A stretch of 64,000 bases of DNA from Dicyema japonicum (Eukaryota; Animalia; Dicyemida). Shown here piece by piece: positions 52,839 to 64,000 of this stretch (the first letter of the stretch is position 1; every line of letters begins with the position of its first letter). The position numbers were made by a program, and so were the translations under genes. The stretch spans positions 268,515 through 332,514 of the forward strand of contig RDEW01000027.1 in assembly GCA_011109175.1 (NCBI GenBank), given 5' to 3'. A model generated the notes under the pieces. That model was not told where the DNA came from, ran no database searches, and saw only the letters and a list, made by a program, of their open reading frames with translations.

Positions 52839-52959
52839 TATTTTATGTAATGAAACAGATTGTGATTCATTAATAGACAACTGATGGAATGGTAGGCTAA
52901 GTTTAACATTTCATTGTCTGCTGGGCTTTCGTTTTGATTTTAGGCAGATTTTTGTATAG

Positions 52960-53540
52960 TTTAACCTTTGCCGTGGAAACCTGAGGCATAGCTCAACGCC
53001 ATCCCAAGTGGGGTATTGGGAACTTCTCTAGATGAATCCGTTCAAGTTGGAGTTTTACTTCGCCTTGGACTAAAGATTTGCATCATGTGAGCATTAATGT
53101 TATGGACTTAATCTTATCGTTTGCAGGAGCAGGTCCCCAGGGATACTACCTTAACTGAGGTCTTTAGACGGGTTTTGAGGACAGATGAGTTCCACTGTGT
53201 AGTCGAATTGTCATTGTATGTAGACGCAATGAATAACGACCAGATGGAATGACCATTTCCGTTCTTGCCTAGGAAACCCCTAGTCTGAGACGTCACGTGT
53301 ATGGACACTATCTTTGAACAACCCTACCTAAAGTGTTCCCAGTGACTTTCCAATGCCGAAACGTCAAAGTGCCAGAAGTATCTAAGAGGTGCTGTTTGCT
53401 TTTCTTGCCGTGGAAACTTCCGGAATCCATGAACATTCATCCTATGCTTTTGTAGAGCGACTCGAAAAACTTGACTTCCAAGATCGTTTACTTCCCAAAA
53501 AATCCCAAGAGGGAATAGCGATACATTGTGGGTCCTCAAC
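52960..53540 (+). mobile_element. CRE-like fragment
   Basis: LRLGLKIC, KPLVxDVTCMDT, FLAVETSG. Confidence 0.8.
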
Positions 53541-54329
53541 TCTAATTTTTTTGAACTTTTGGCATATAAATAACAAAGGGTGCTTAACCTTGATTTTTAT
53601 GAAAATAACAAAGCCCGAAGTCATTTTATTTTGTCAATTGTGGATAACTCTCATAGCTCAAAATGTCAAGACTCGGAGGTCTTTGAGGTTGCACACTCCC
53701 TTCGTGAACTAGGATGGTAAGTTTTTTATTTCGGAGAAATTGTCGAATAACACTTTTTAAACCAAGTCCTTATCCCTTTAATTAATGTTTAAAGCCTCGC
53801 AAGTTCAGTTCGCTTTTCTCGGGGAACTTTTGCCAGAATTAACAAAAAAGTTCTTATTGATTTAATAATGATTTTTGGTTTTGAATAAATAAATTAGTGC
53901 TTCTACAGGAATTAGGTTCGGATTACATATACAGGGTTTTCAAGACTTAAGTGAGAAGTACTTCACATCAATCGGAGAAATTTTAACATCTAGGAGAGAA
54001 TTGATAACATTTTTAGACTTTCTAATAAAATATAAAAAAATGAATATAAAATGTCTTGTAAGGCTATTTATTAGATAACATAACATAATTTATTTCGCAA
54101 AACCCCAACTAACTAAACAAGGTAAGAGCCATTAACTAAAGAGGAAAAACCAAAAATTTGGGGTCGTCTATATCGGGGCACTCTCATGAGACACCGTATG
54201 TCTCTTCTCCGTAAAAAGCCCAATTACAATGCGAGTTTCCACAAGCAATGTAATAAATCACCGATTCTTCTCGTTTTTCTTTCGTATTTCGTCATCAATT
54301 TCAGATGCTAAATCCAAATTCATGTGCTT

Positions 54330-54830
54330 CAATTTAGTTTCGTTTATAATTAGAACTTCCATCTGGATCGTGCTGGCTATAGCAACCAGCACTGAGGCCC
54401 GTTTCCGAAGAGAATGGACATTAATCAGGGTTATCCTGACTACTGGTTTTTTTCGGTGGCTGCCCTCTCTTCTCTGTATGAAGCTTCTACTGTCTCTTTT
54501 TTAGAATGTTTCTTACTATATGTTCCTATTCCAGCCAGTTTTTAATTTCCTATTTCGTTCCAGTTTTGGAAACTTCACTTTCTCCATTATGGGCATTTTC
54601 TCGTTTTTAGAAATAATTTTCCATTCGATTCTTTCCTTTTTTGGTCAATTTTGTTTTTTTTCGCTATGTTAGCTTCAACAGCCTTGGGACATCTTCCATA
54701 ATTGCAAAGTCGATGGATGAACCACAATTAAAGGACTTATTATTGTTTGTAACCGGACACTGCGATCTTCTATGTGAATCAGAACAAACAAGGCATCTTT
54801 CAACACATCTCCATTAGGCCTGATGTATGT
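54330..54830 (-). mobile_element. LINE ORF1 end / EN start, inverted sibling of 60290-60440
   Basis: ~140 bp near-identical reverse complement of 60290-60440; Cys/His knuckle remnants upstream. Confidence 0.7.
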
Positions 54831-55089
54831 TTCTCAAACTCGTAGTATATTTATTCTTGTAGCACCAGTGGCACCACTTATTCACCAGTGGCACCACGGC
54901 CTATTTATTAGAATTTGAAAGGATTCATTTATATTTTTTTTAAAAATTAAAATATTACCTGAACAAAAAATATCCGTAGCTGGTGAACAGTGAACATCGT
55001 AGCTGGTGTTGAATTTAAAATTTCAATTCGAAAACAACTATGGACGAATTTTAAAAGAAAAAAAACTCTTAGCCGTTTTTTTAATAAAA

Positions 55090-55680
55090 AAAGGTGAATC
55101 TTAGCCATATACTGGCTATAGAATATGATAAAATAGACTATCTAACGAGCAGACTAACTGAGTGAGTATATGATTATGAGAATGCACGGCATCCCCTAGC
55201 TAAGTCAAGTGTGTCTACGAGGAAACACACCATTGTAACGACCGAGAAAACAAAAGCAACCCACCTAGGCACTATCAGGCCTTTTTATCTCTTAAGAATG
55301 GTGTAGTAATATCAAATTGGAGATGCAAAGTTGGAAAACTACCTTCAGAACTAAGGAAAAGAAGTAGCTTCTACAAAGAATATCTTCTCTGGATTCGCAT
55401 GCTTCTTTTTTCTTCCTTAAGAAATGCATTGCAACGGAACTCACTGCTATCAGCTAATAATACCCTGAAACAGTCGGAGTCAATGCAACACGTCAAGTTC
55501 GATGAGCTCGGATGGACAATGTGTAAACACCTGTAAGATGGGGAGGGGCATTGGGCTAAGGTCCTCATGGAAGTTGTAATACCTGCTTACATTTCTAAAA
55601 ATATTCGTTTAGTCAAAGGAACTATAGAACTTAAATTACCTTGAGTGCAGAGTTAGCACGCGATCCTGGCTTCTTGGTTT
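55090..55680 (+). mobile_element. R4/Dong-like fragment, second copy
   Basis: aacgaccgagaaaac..gcaacccacctaggcactatc matches 59085-59125. Confidence 0.7.
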
Positions 55681-55887
55681 AAAAAACTTTAATTTTTTTA
55701 AAAAAATAATCGCTTGTAAAAAAAATTATTAAAACACAAACATTAGCAATAAATCAGACTCAAGTGTTAAGAAAATGGGCATTGCTGCGGACGTTTGGCT
55801 ATTTGAGACTTAAATAGATTCAAATTAAAATTAAAAAAATTGTCATCTATTAATGAATGAATCCAAAAAATTTTAAGAAAAAAATGG

Positions 55888-55956
55888 TGGAGATGCGAGA
55901 ATCGAACTCGAACCTCCGCATGCTAAGCAGACATCATACCATTAGACCACATCCCG
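55888..55956 (-). tRNA. tRNA-Ala(AGC), slightly aberrant; followed by CCA and oligo-T
   Basis: Anticodon arm tctgc-TTAGCAT-gcgga, G3:U70 pair, TTCGATT loop; C1:C72 mismatch and 4-bp T stem. Confidence 0.75.
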
Positions 55957-56989
55957 TTCAAAAACTAATTATTACTCTAACGTTATTCCTACATAAAAGC
56001 TATGACTATCATGGCTTTGTTTATTTAACTCCAAGTAAGCCCAGCACCAACTTAATTAAGGAAATGTGAACATTTACTCTTGAATTGTCTATTATCAAGT
56101 AATTTATCGAATTGACTGATCGAATCGCTAGCATTCAATGGATATTAAGAAATCGATTTGTCTGTCAATAATTTCTATGTTTCTCACAATGGAAGATTAA
56201 CACTTCAATATATGAATTGATGATTTGTATTTGAGTCTATCCGGAATATGCTTTCAACTCTGTTTATGCAGACCAATTTTGTCGCAGAAGACTGGAATTT
56301 CAAAGCAAGAATTAGACGTAGTGGTGAAAACTACATTGGAAACCACGGAAGGGGCTATAGCAAGTTTTCTGGAAACTGTCTGATATACTTATGTTCACAC
56401 CGTTGGCGTGGTAGTTAGACTGACAGCCATATTTTTAAGAAAAAAGCCAGAATCTTTCAAGAGGATTCAAGAAAAACTGAGACAACTACAGGAATCAAGA
56501 TTGCTTAATTTAGTATCCTTCTTTTTCGCAAAACCCGTAATACTGGCCTTTTTTAACTGAACTTTTGTCGTGGGTTTGAATCTGATAGATTGACTTTTAT
56601 GTGGAGGTCAATTCTTGTCACGGATCCCATCCGTGAGGCGGCGAGTCTTTTTGACACGAAGCAGTTGTTGAAAGGGATTTTCATATCTTCTCTCAGACCA
56701 AATCCTTTGATGAAGATTACATTATGAAAACTATTCCGCCGAAGAATGAAGTGATCTTTACAATAATCTTCCGCATACTCAACTTCTGAACTTTTTTAGG
56801 CCTTCTGATTGTTTTTCATGGAATATCATCAAAGAAGATAATAATAAATTTTAAAGCAAAAAATCTATTTGATTTTTAAGTGGAAGCAATATAATTTTTT
56901 TTAAAGAAATATAATTCAAATTAATTTTACGCTTAACGGCCAGGGTATTTCCTCTATCAACAGTTATTAGTCTTTGATTTAAAAAAAAA

Positions 56990-59460
56990 CATGCAACGTG
57001 CATTCGGCGGCGCTAAAACTCTCTCGAGTTGGTAAAAATGTTAAAGGAGAAGGGTCACTTGCGTTACCAGATGGCAAGAATATAATCCTTGTCATATCCG
57101 AGAGCGTTGTGGCAGTAGTCCCAAAAGAATGGGCGAGGAAGGTAGTCCTGAAGGTATGTAGCAGGCTATCCCGAATGCCCTGAAATGGTTGGCCATACTT
57201 GGCGGAGTTCTGCAGTGGCAGATTTAGTACTGCTATATCTGTGAGAGAACTCAAGAAAATGGCTGGAGGCAAAGAGGGTACTTGTCTAAAGGAGTGGGGA
57301 TTAGATGACCACAACTGTCAAAGAGATCACGAGCACCAGAGCTGTGATACGTTGCAGCTCAAGCATGTTTATAAGGTCTTCGCGCGGTATCTCGCTGCAG
57401 CGACATATGTCCCACTTGAGGACCGTAGATTTACCCTAAAGATCCATCATGGTAAGGTTAATGGAGTAGTGTTAACCTGCATCAATAAGGCTGTGGCTTA
57501 TGCGGTGGAGGCTAAGCCAGTAGGGTCACTGGGTGACATCTCTTTAGTGCTATATGCAGCACAGATCACCTAAGAGGAATTGACGGACAAGACCAGACTA
57601 CCCAGTAAATGGAGGGAGCAGATCTGTGCCAAGATTACTTGGAGACAGACAGAGCTGTAAGCACTGGAGGGCGCATAAGTAGTGTGGCGAGAGGGGTTAA
57701 AGGAAAAGTACCGCCTATAATAAAGGGGCTAATTAGTTTACTCCGTGAACCCAAATGGGACCTCAAAAAATTGAGAAAGGAAAAGGTGGAGTTAGAGAGG
57801 GCAATAATGGTGCTAAGAGGAAACTCTATACACATGAAAGTCGGTGTAAGAGAAGGAGAGAAAATAATCTGTTTGAGTTTAATCGCAGATTATTTTACCG
57901 TCGCCTACACGAAAATAGCCATAGTGCATGTTCCCAACAGGACGCGGAAATGCTCTCTACATGGGGTAGTATGTGGGAGGCTAAACCACGCAGATTATCG
58001 ACCGATAACCTGCATGCCAACCCTGTATAAGCTGATGACCAAATTGTGGCTAATGAGGTCAGGAGCTTTGTAGAAGCAAATGGGATTCTCTCGAGAATTA
58101 GTTGGGACTGTGAGAAATTGTCATGGGGCAAAAGAGCAGGCTTTGATCAACAAGTGCCTTTCTGTGTCTCACGGAAACTAACTTTTGTCTATGTGGGTGT
58201 ATGTGAAGAAAACTTACGATTCAGTTGATCATTCTTACCTTGTCGAGTGCCTACACAGTCTGTGTACATCTGTATAGTTCATCAGCTTTGTAGTGGCTGT
58301 GATGAATAGGTGGAGTATTCATCTGAACTATAATAGGCACCGGATAGGCAAGGTAAAAATAAAGAGGGGGATCCTTAAGGGGGATAGCATGTCTCCGCTG
58401 CTCTTTGTTCTCTGTTTGGAGCTATTGAGTTGCCGCCTCAATGACCGGGTTGAACAAATACCAGTTCATTGTGAAAGGGGGTTTGTTTCAGTACAAATCA
58501 CCTTCTTTTTATCGATGACCTGAAGATGTATGCTCGAACAGCCGAGGAGCTCTACTTCATGGGGGTCTGCGCCAGGGAATTATTTGAGATTATAGACTAG
58601 ATTTGTATTATTCAAAGTCTGCGACTAACACGCAAGTATGTAGCGAGTTAGTAAGAGTCATAGAGGAACACGATGGAGATAAGTTTTTGGGTGCTACCAA
58701 AACTCCAAAGTCCCTAATAATGCCTGAAACAAAACGACAAATTACTGAAGGGATTCGGAAAAGAGCACCGTTATTGTGTAAGACGTCTCTAAATGCAAGG
58801 AATTTGTTCCTATCATTAAATGAGTATGCTGTCTCGCTGCTAAACTACTACATAGGTGTTGTGGAGTTTGAGCCCAAAGAGTATGATGAGATAAATGTTA
58901 TGATCCGTGGAATACTCAGAAAGAATTATGTCCATGTCTTGGCAGCCAATAAGGAGAGACTATATTTACCCCGTGATAAATTCGGCCGTGGACTGTATGG
59001 AGTAGTCCAACTAAGTGAGCGTATCCTTATGCGAATGCACGACACTAGCTGGGTCAAGTGTGTCTGCTAGGAAGCACTCCATAATAACGACCGAGAAAAC
59101 ACGGGCAACCCACCTAGGCACTATCTAGTAAATGTGAAGGCGTTGATCGAATTATAATATAATAATTTGATGGAAAAGATCAACTTAAAAAGCCTTCATA
59201 AGATCCTCTTCAGAGCATTGGACAACCCACATGTCGACCTTAAGTCGACAATTTCGCTAAAATACGGTGACAACTCACCTCGATCGAAGGCGATGTACAC
59301 GTATATGCAAGACCGCAATATTTTTTGAGGTCGATCAACAAATACATGTCCCCATTGTAAGTCAAGAAGCATATCGGTTGATCATTCAGCCACTCGGTGC
59401 GGATCCATGCTCTGCCACGACTATATGTGGAGGCATAACGAGGTGGTGCGTTAAGACAAC
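56990..59460 (+). mobile_element. Decayed R4/Dong(NeSL)-like non-LTR retrotransposon
   Basis: YRPITCMPTLYKL, KRGILKGDSMSPLLFVL, TNHLLFIDDLK, KSATN, KERLYLPRDKFGRGL, CPHC..HNEVV. Confidence 0.88.
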
Positions 59461-60289
59461 TGAATATTTGGCCACAGACTTCCTGAGAAAGCCGTCAAAG
59501 TGAGACTCGCATTTCTACGGTGTGGAAAAAGTCCAGCTCTGAATGAAGAGATGTTCGAGATCCCCTTGCTTTCCCTAAGCCACCAGGACTGACATGAAAG
59601 TGGAAAATTTCAGGAAGTGACTTGTTTTAGTAACGCCCTTCCTAATGGTCGCCTTCCAAGGACACAAGTCCAGCCAGAACAACAGTTGAAAGAACCTATC
59701 CAAGAAATTATCCTGTGATGTGAAGGATAGTGAATGGACCTTTTATGATGCCAACCTGGGACAGCCGGATCTCATGACACACTCCAATGACAACATTATA
59801 ATATGGAACATAGCAAGGACCAGAATTCTTCGACTAAGTAACAAGGAGGGAATAGAACACAGAACGTTGTTATAGGCAAAGCATCATAACTACTAAGCTA
59901 AAAAATGTCATCAAGGAAGAACGTGACATCAATACATTATTCTAATTCGAGTGGAATATTTACTTTTATATTCGGACACGTTTAAAGGGAAAAATAAGCC
60001 GATAAGTGCGTCTAAGGTCGACCTTGTCTAAATCCACCTCAAGGAAATGTATAAAAGTCCAATAATATTTATGAATCACGAGAAATGATCCAGTAGGGAG
60101 GGAGAAAGTCGACTAACTAAATGCATATGGTCCCCATGGTAATGGTCGGAAAAAGACAAGTACTTCCAACTAAATAACTTCCAACTCGTAGCTTCCAACT
60201 CGATTCTTGACAAGTTGGAGAGAAGCATTAAAGATATGACTAGAACAAAAAAGGATTCTAAATTTTTACTAGATTTGGTGGCGCTCTTA

Positions 60290-61074
60290 AGAAGAGAGGG
60301 CAGTCACCAAAAAAACCAGAAGTAGTCAGGATAACCCTGATTAATGCCCGTTCTCTTCGGAAACGGGCCTCAGTGCTGGTTGCTCTAGCCAGCACGATCC
60401 AGATGGATGTTCTAATTATAAACGAAACTAAATTGAAGAAAAGACCATTTAAAATTGATGGATATGGCTCATTAGATATTTTTTGGAAGACTGGTTCTTG
60501 TTCTGGAACAGGAACTTCAATTTACTACAAAAATTCTTTAAATACAAGACTACCCACAATCAATGAAGAAAATCTTTGTGAACTAGCAAGCATTCAACTA
60601 CAAACAACCATGGGATGGATAACTATCGGAGGAATCTATTCTAAAAAACTAAGAGAGTATCCATGGATTGTTGACAAATTTATGGAAAACAATGAATATC
60701 CAATCCTTGTTTGGGACATAAACGCTAAACATACTGACTATGGTTGTGTAGCAACCAATCAAGATGGAAAATGCCTTGTAAAATGGATAAAGTCTGGAGA
60801 GTTAAAGATTTTAACTTCAGTAGAAATTAATCACTTTGCACCAAGGAGTGGGGACAAGCTCGGAGTTTTTGTGATGCCTCAGAATCTAAGCAAAATTTGT
60901 GAGCACCCATATGTGGAGCAAGATATTGGAAGCGACCATCTTCCACAAACTTTGGAAATAAGGACGGGGCCTATATCTGCTGAAAGAACTTTTGTTGGCT
61001 ACAACCTTAATATGTCACATGGGCCAAGCGATACCTATGGGCTGCCTGTTACATTAACCTTGAACCAAGATTAA
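60290..61074 (+). mobile_element. LINE APE-type endonuclease domain
   Basis: INARSL, INETKL, DINAKH, GSDHLP. Confidence 0.85.
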
Positions 61075-61599
61075 CTTCAATTAATTTTATAAATGATTTA
61101 TTTTTTTTTTGAAATTTTATTATCAAATTAACCACAAAAATTAAATTTAAATAACTTTTTTTAGTCTACTCATTAATACAGTCGATATTTCTCCTTTCGA
61201 ATTTTTTATCTATCAAATTAATTATTTCTGCAACTGGATAATACTGAGACTCAAACTTATCCAGTCGCAATGAGGGATTTGTTCCAAAGTCCTTTTTAGC
61301 CCGAACCTATTTATTAATGTTTTTGATTCATACTTTATCTCCCATGTTAAAAGTATATTTACTATTATGAACATTCATTTTCCTGTTCATAGCTTTGTAA
61401 TAATTAGAATTTTCTTCAATCGATTTAATTTCGAAATTGAATCTCTTCGCATTCGGACACAAATTATCTGACTGGGAATTATCTAGATATAAATTTTTTA
61501 AATCAAACTACGTGAATTTTCAATAGATTCTGGAGTCGAACAATTAACCAAATCGTCAATTTGTTCTGGAATCGCACACTCATCACTTAAATTATCTTA

Positions 61600-62410
61600 G
61601 TCCTTGTGCTCGTGAATTGTTAGGCCTTCCGTGAATTTTCTTAATGTTAAAATCTTCGCAAAGTTTTGTTATTTCTTGATTTTTAAATTCAGAACCATTG
61701 TCCGACTGAAGAAATTTACATGGCCCATTCAGGCGGAACGAAGATCTTAAGTTTTCACATACTTCTTTACCAGAATTATTATAGAGTGGTCGTACAAAAG
61801 CGAATCTATAAATTAAAAAAAAACCAACATACTATATATGTCAATGACCGCTAAAATTCATTTGAAATTTTCATTTAATGTTGAAAATTTTTTCAGGTCT
61901 ATTAGATCTACCTGAAAACGTTCATTTGGAGAAGAAGCAAACATATGGTGATTTATATCTCCAATTAAAAAAATCACGAACTTTTAAAGGACGCGAAAAT
62001 TTGCAGACTTCACAATTTCGAATAACTTTTCTGATAATCTCATTCTTTACAGTGAAGTATTTTTGTCGACATTCATACTCAATTTTATTGACTCCTCCGT
62101 GTGAAAACTCGTGCAACGATTTCGCAACATGCTCCATTTCGGTTTCATTATCCAGGGATATGACTAACTTGGAATCAGTTGATTTAAGATACAGTCTAAA
62201 ATTATTGCAATTTACAATACCTGTCATTGATAATAGAAAAATTCTCTATCTTCTTTACAAGCCTATATTTTCGGTGCCTCGGAAGATTTTCGGGAAATTT
62301 ATCATGCAAAGAATCTTTTAAAGTTTGATATTCAACGCAATCTTTCACAAAACCCTTGTAAGAAGCCATTGCAACAAAATAATCTTCCATGCTATAAATC
62401 ACGCTAGAAA
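61600..62410 (-). mobile_element. Ginger/KRBA2-like integrase (H2C2 zinc finger + rve), decayed
   Basis: LHEFSHGG..CEVC, FQVDLIDL, VIDIYS, LQSDNGSEF, HGRP..AQG. Confidence 0.8.
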
Positions 62411-62532
62411 TCTAGGTTTACCGCTATAAAAAATAAAATCTTTATAATCATAACATTTATGAATAAAAAACTAATTTAACAGGATTAAATCACGATATAA
62501 ATCGGATATATAAAATTAAATGTCGGATAATC

Positions 62533-62636
62533 CAATGAGGGACTCAATTTCACCTTTGTCGGTCTGGGATCACTTAGTTAGATGAGAACTTTTATTTCTT
62601 TCTTTTTGACCCAGTGATCCTGGGGGTAATAATAAT
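62533..62636 (+). mobile_element. 5'-truncated LINE 3' UTR insertion with 14-bp TSD
   Basis: aatgtcggataatc at 62519-62532 and 62637-62650 flanking the conserved 3' UTR + (TAA)n. Confidence 0.9.
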
Positions 62637-63382
62637 AATGTCGGATAATCAAAAGACCTTTTCAAGGTCGAAAAAATGTAACAGGCTGCCCATGCGTTAC
62701 GCGCCGCCCATGTGACATATTATGCAGTGAGGGAGATAAAAAGTTATTGCCCATTTGGCAGACAAAAAAGAAATTATCGGAAAATCGAAAGTAAAGATGT
62801 AAAACTCATTCCTACTACCAATACTGACATACAACTGTGGAACCTGGAGACTTTCAAAACAAGAAACCTATAGTTTAAACAGGTACCATAGATCACAACT
62901 ACCGAAATCACGATACCCAATGAAAACCTAAAACTCGGATTTATATAACTGTAGCAAATCTCACGAACTATCGATAGATATCTTCGAGTTGTTCTTTGGT
63001 CATATCCTACTAAAGGAAATAAATACTCTTGCAAATATTGAAATGGAAATATCTTCACGTAATGTGGAGGAGCGTTCCGTAGAAGACTAGGAGCCACACT
63101 ACCATCTATTTGAACCAAGAACAGAGAGATATTGGAAAGAAACTTGAAAACTCAGAAGACAAAAGAAAAAGTAAAAATGATAGTCGGAGTACAGCACAAG
63201 TGAAACTTCACAAGCATTTTTAACTAGTTAACTAACTACGTTCTTGAAATGTGCCTCATTAGCTCACTAAAGACAGAAAGGCCACGTGTTTCGTTTAAAA
63301 TCATGTTAATTTACCAACAAGTGGTTTTGAATTAAGTTTTTACTTTTTAGCGCTTTTAGGTGATAGAATAATGATTAGAAGT

Positions 63383-64000
63383 TTAAAATATTTTTTCAAT
63401 TTTATCGACGTAAAAACTGTTTTTATTAATTTTTTGGATGCTCTCTTTTTTGTTCAGGAATGAATTACTAATTGATTCCCGTTTGTAGTAATATTTGAAA
63501 TTTGCAATAATTATGGGAAAAGCGAATGAAATTATGAGTATTCCTGAAATGGCGCACATTGTGCCTGCTATCTTTCCGTATATTCCTCTTGGCTTCATAT
63601 CTCCATATCCAATAGTGGTCATTGTAATCACGGCCCACCAAAAACCTGCCGGAATACTATCAAACCCAGACTCAACGAAATAAATGAACGAGGAAAAAAA
63701 TATCACTCCGATTACAAAATATATGAGGACGTAAGATAATTCCTTGATTGACGCATGAAAAGTGTGTTTTAACAATTTGAAAATTTTAAAATACCTTGCC
63801 AGCTTCAAAACTCGGGTAATTTGAATTAATAGGAGAATTCGGATGATCGCAGCGAATGGTTGATAAGACAAATATCCTCGGTTATGTAACAGTTGGATTA
63901 AAATCTGTAAATAAAACGGAATCATAGTCAAAACGTCAATAAAGAACACAAAACTAGTCAATATTGGGACAAAATTCGGACAGGCTATAAGCCGAACAAT
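63383..64000 (-). CDS. Voltage-gated potassium channel, Shaker/Kv1-like (3' part; runs off the window)
   Basis: SIPAGFWWAVITMTTIGYGDM pore, S4 RVLKLARY, ANFKYYYKRE. Confidence 0.93.
   Translation of the reverse strand: MVRLIACPNFVPILTSFVFFIDVLTMIPFYLQILIQLLHNRGYLSYQPFAAIIRILLLIQITRVLKLARYFKIFKLLKHTFHASIKELSYVLIYFVIGVIFFSSFIYFVESGFDSIPAGFWWAVITMTTIGYGDMKPRGIYGKIAGTMCAISGILIISFAFPIIIANFKYYYKRESISNSFLNKKESIQKINKNSFYVDKIEKIF

Noticed and set aside
331-64000. Stop-codon reassignment as an explanation for fragmented ORFs
   Set aside because: In-frame stops vanish once micro-introns are removed, and TAA, TAG and TGA all terminate conserved genes

Overview
AT-rich nuclear DNA from a compact-gene metazoan. 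The evidence is STIM, a Shaker-type Kv channel, and calmodulin with the canonical animal intron positions. All introns I could reconstruct are only ~21-28 nt, the pattern known from reduced parasites such as dicyemids (a myxozoan is also possible); the taxon cannot be fixed from this window. Recognisable host genes are STIM, ANP32, AP-3 mu, calmodulin, RPL36, RPL27, SUMO, calpain-7, a cTAGE5/TANGO1-like coiled-coil protein, CENP-X, a Kv1-like channel and a tRNA-Ala(AGC). They sit as tiny islands behind short, almost pure A/T promoters, in a matrix of decayed mobile DNA: >12 CRE-like (RLE) retroelement fragments, a near full-length RTE with a 9-bp TSD, Jockey-like and R4/Dong-like LINEs, a hAT transposase, a Ginger-like integrase, a Helitron-like element and a 6-copy tRNA-headed SINE whose body keeps a conserved multi-hairpin RNA structure. 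The most notable signals are apparently length-defined micro-intron splicing, the structured SINE RNA, a microsporidian-looking R4 element, and degenerate sensor domains in STIM and Kv. Several single-base frameshifts in short homopolymers of conserved genes suggest unpolished long-read errors. All gene models and TE boundaries were read by eye, and TE coordinates are approximate.
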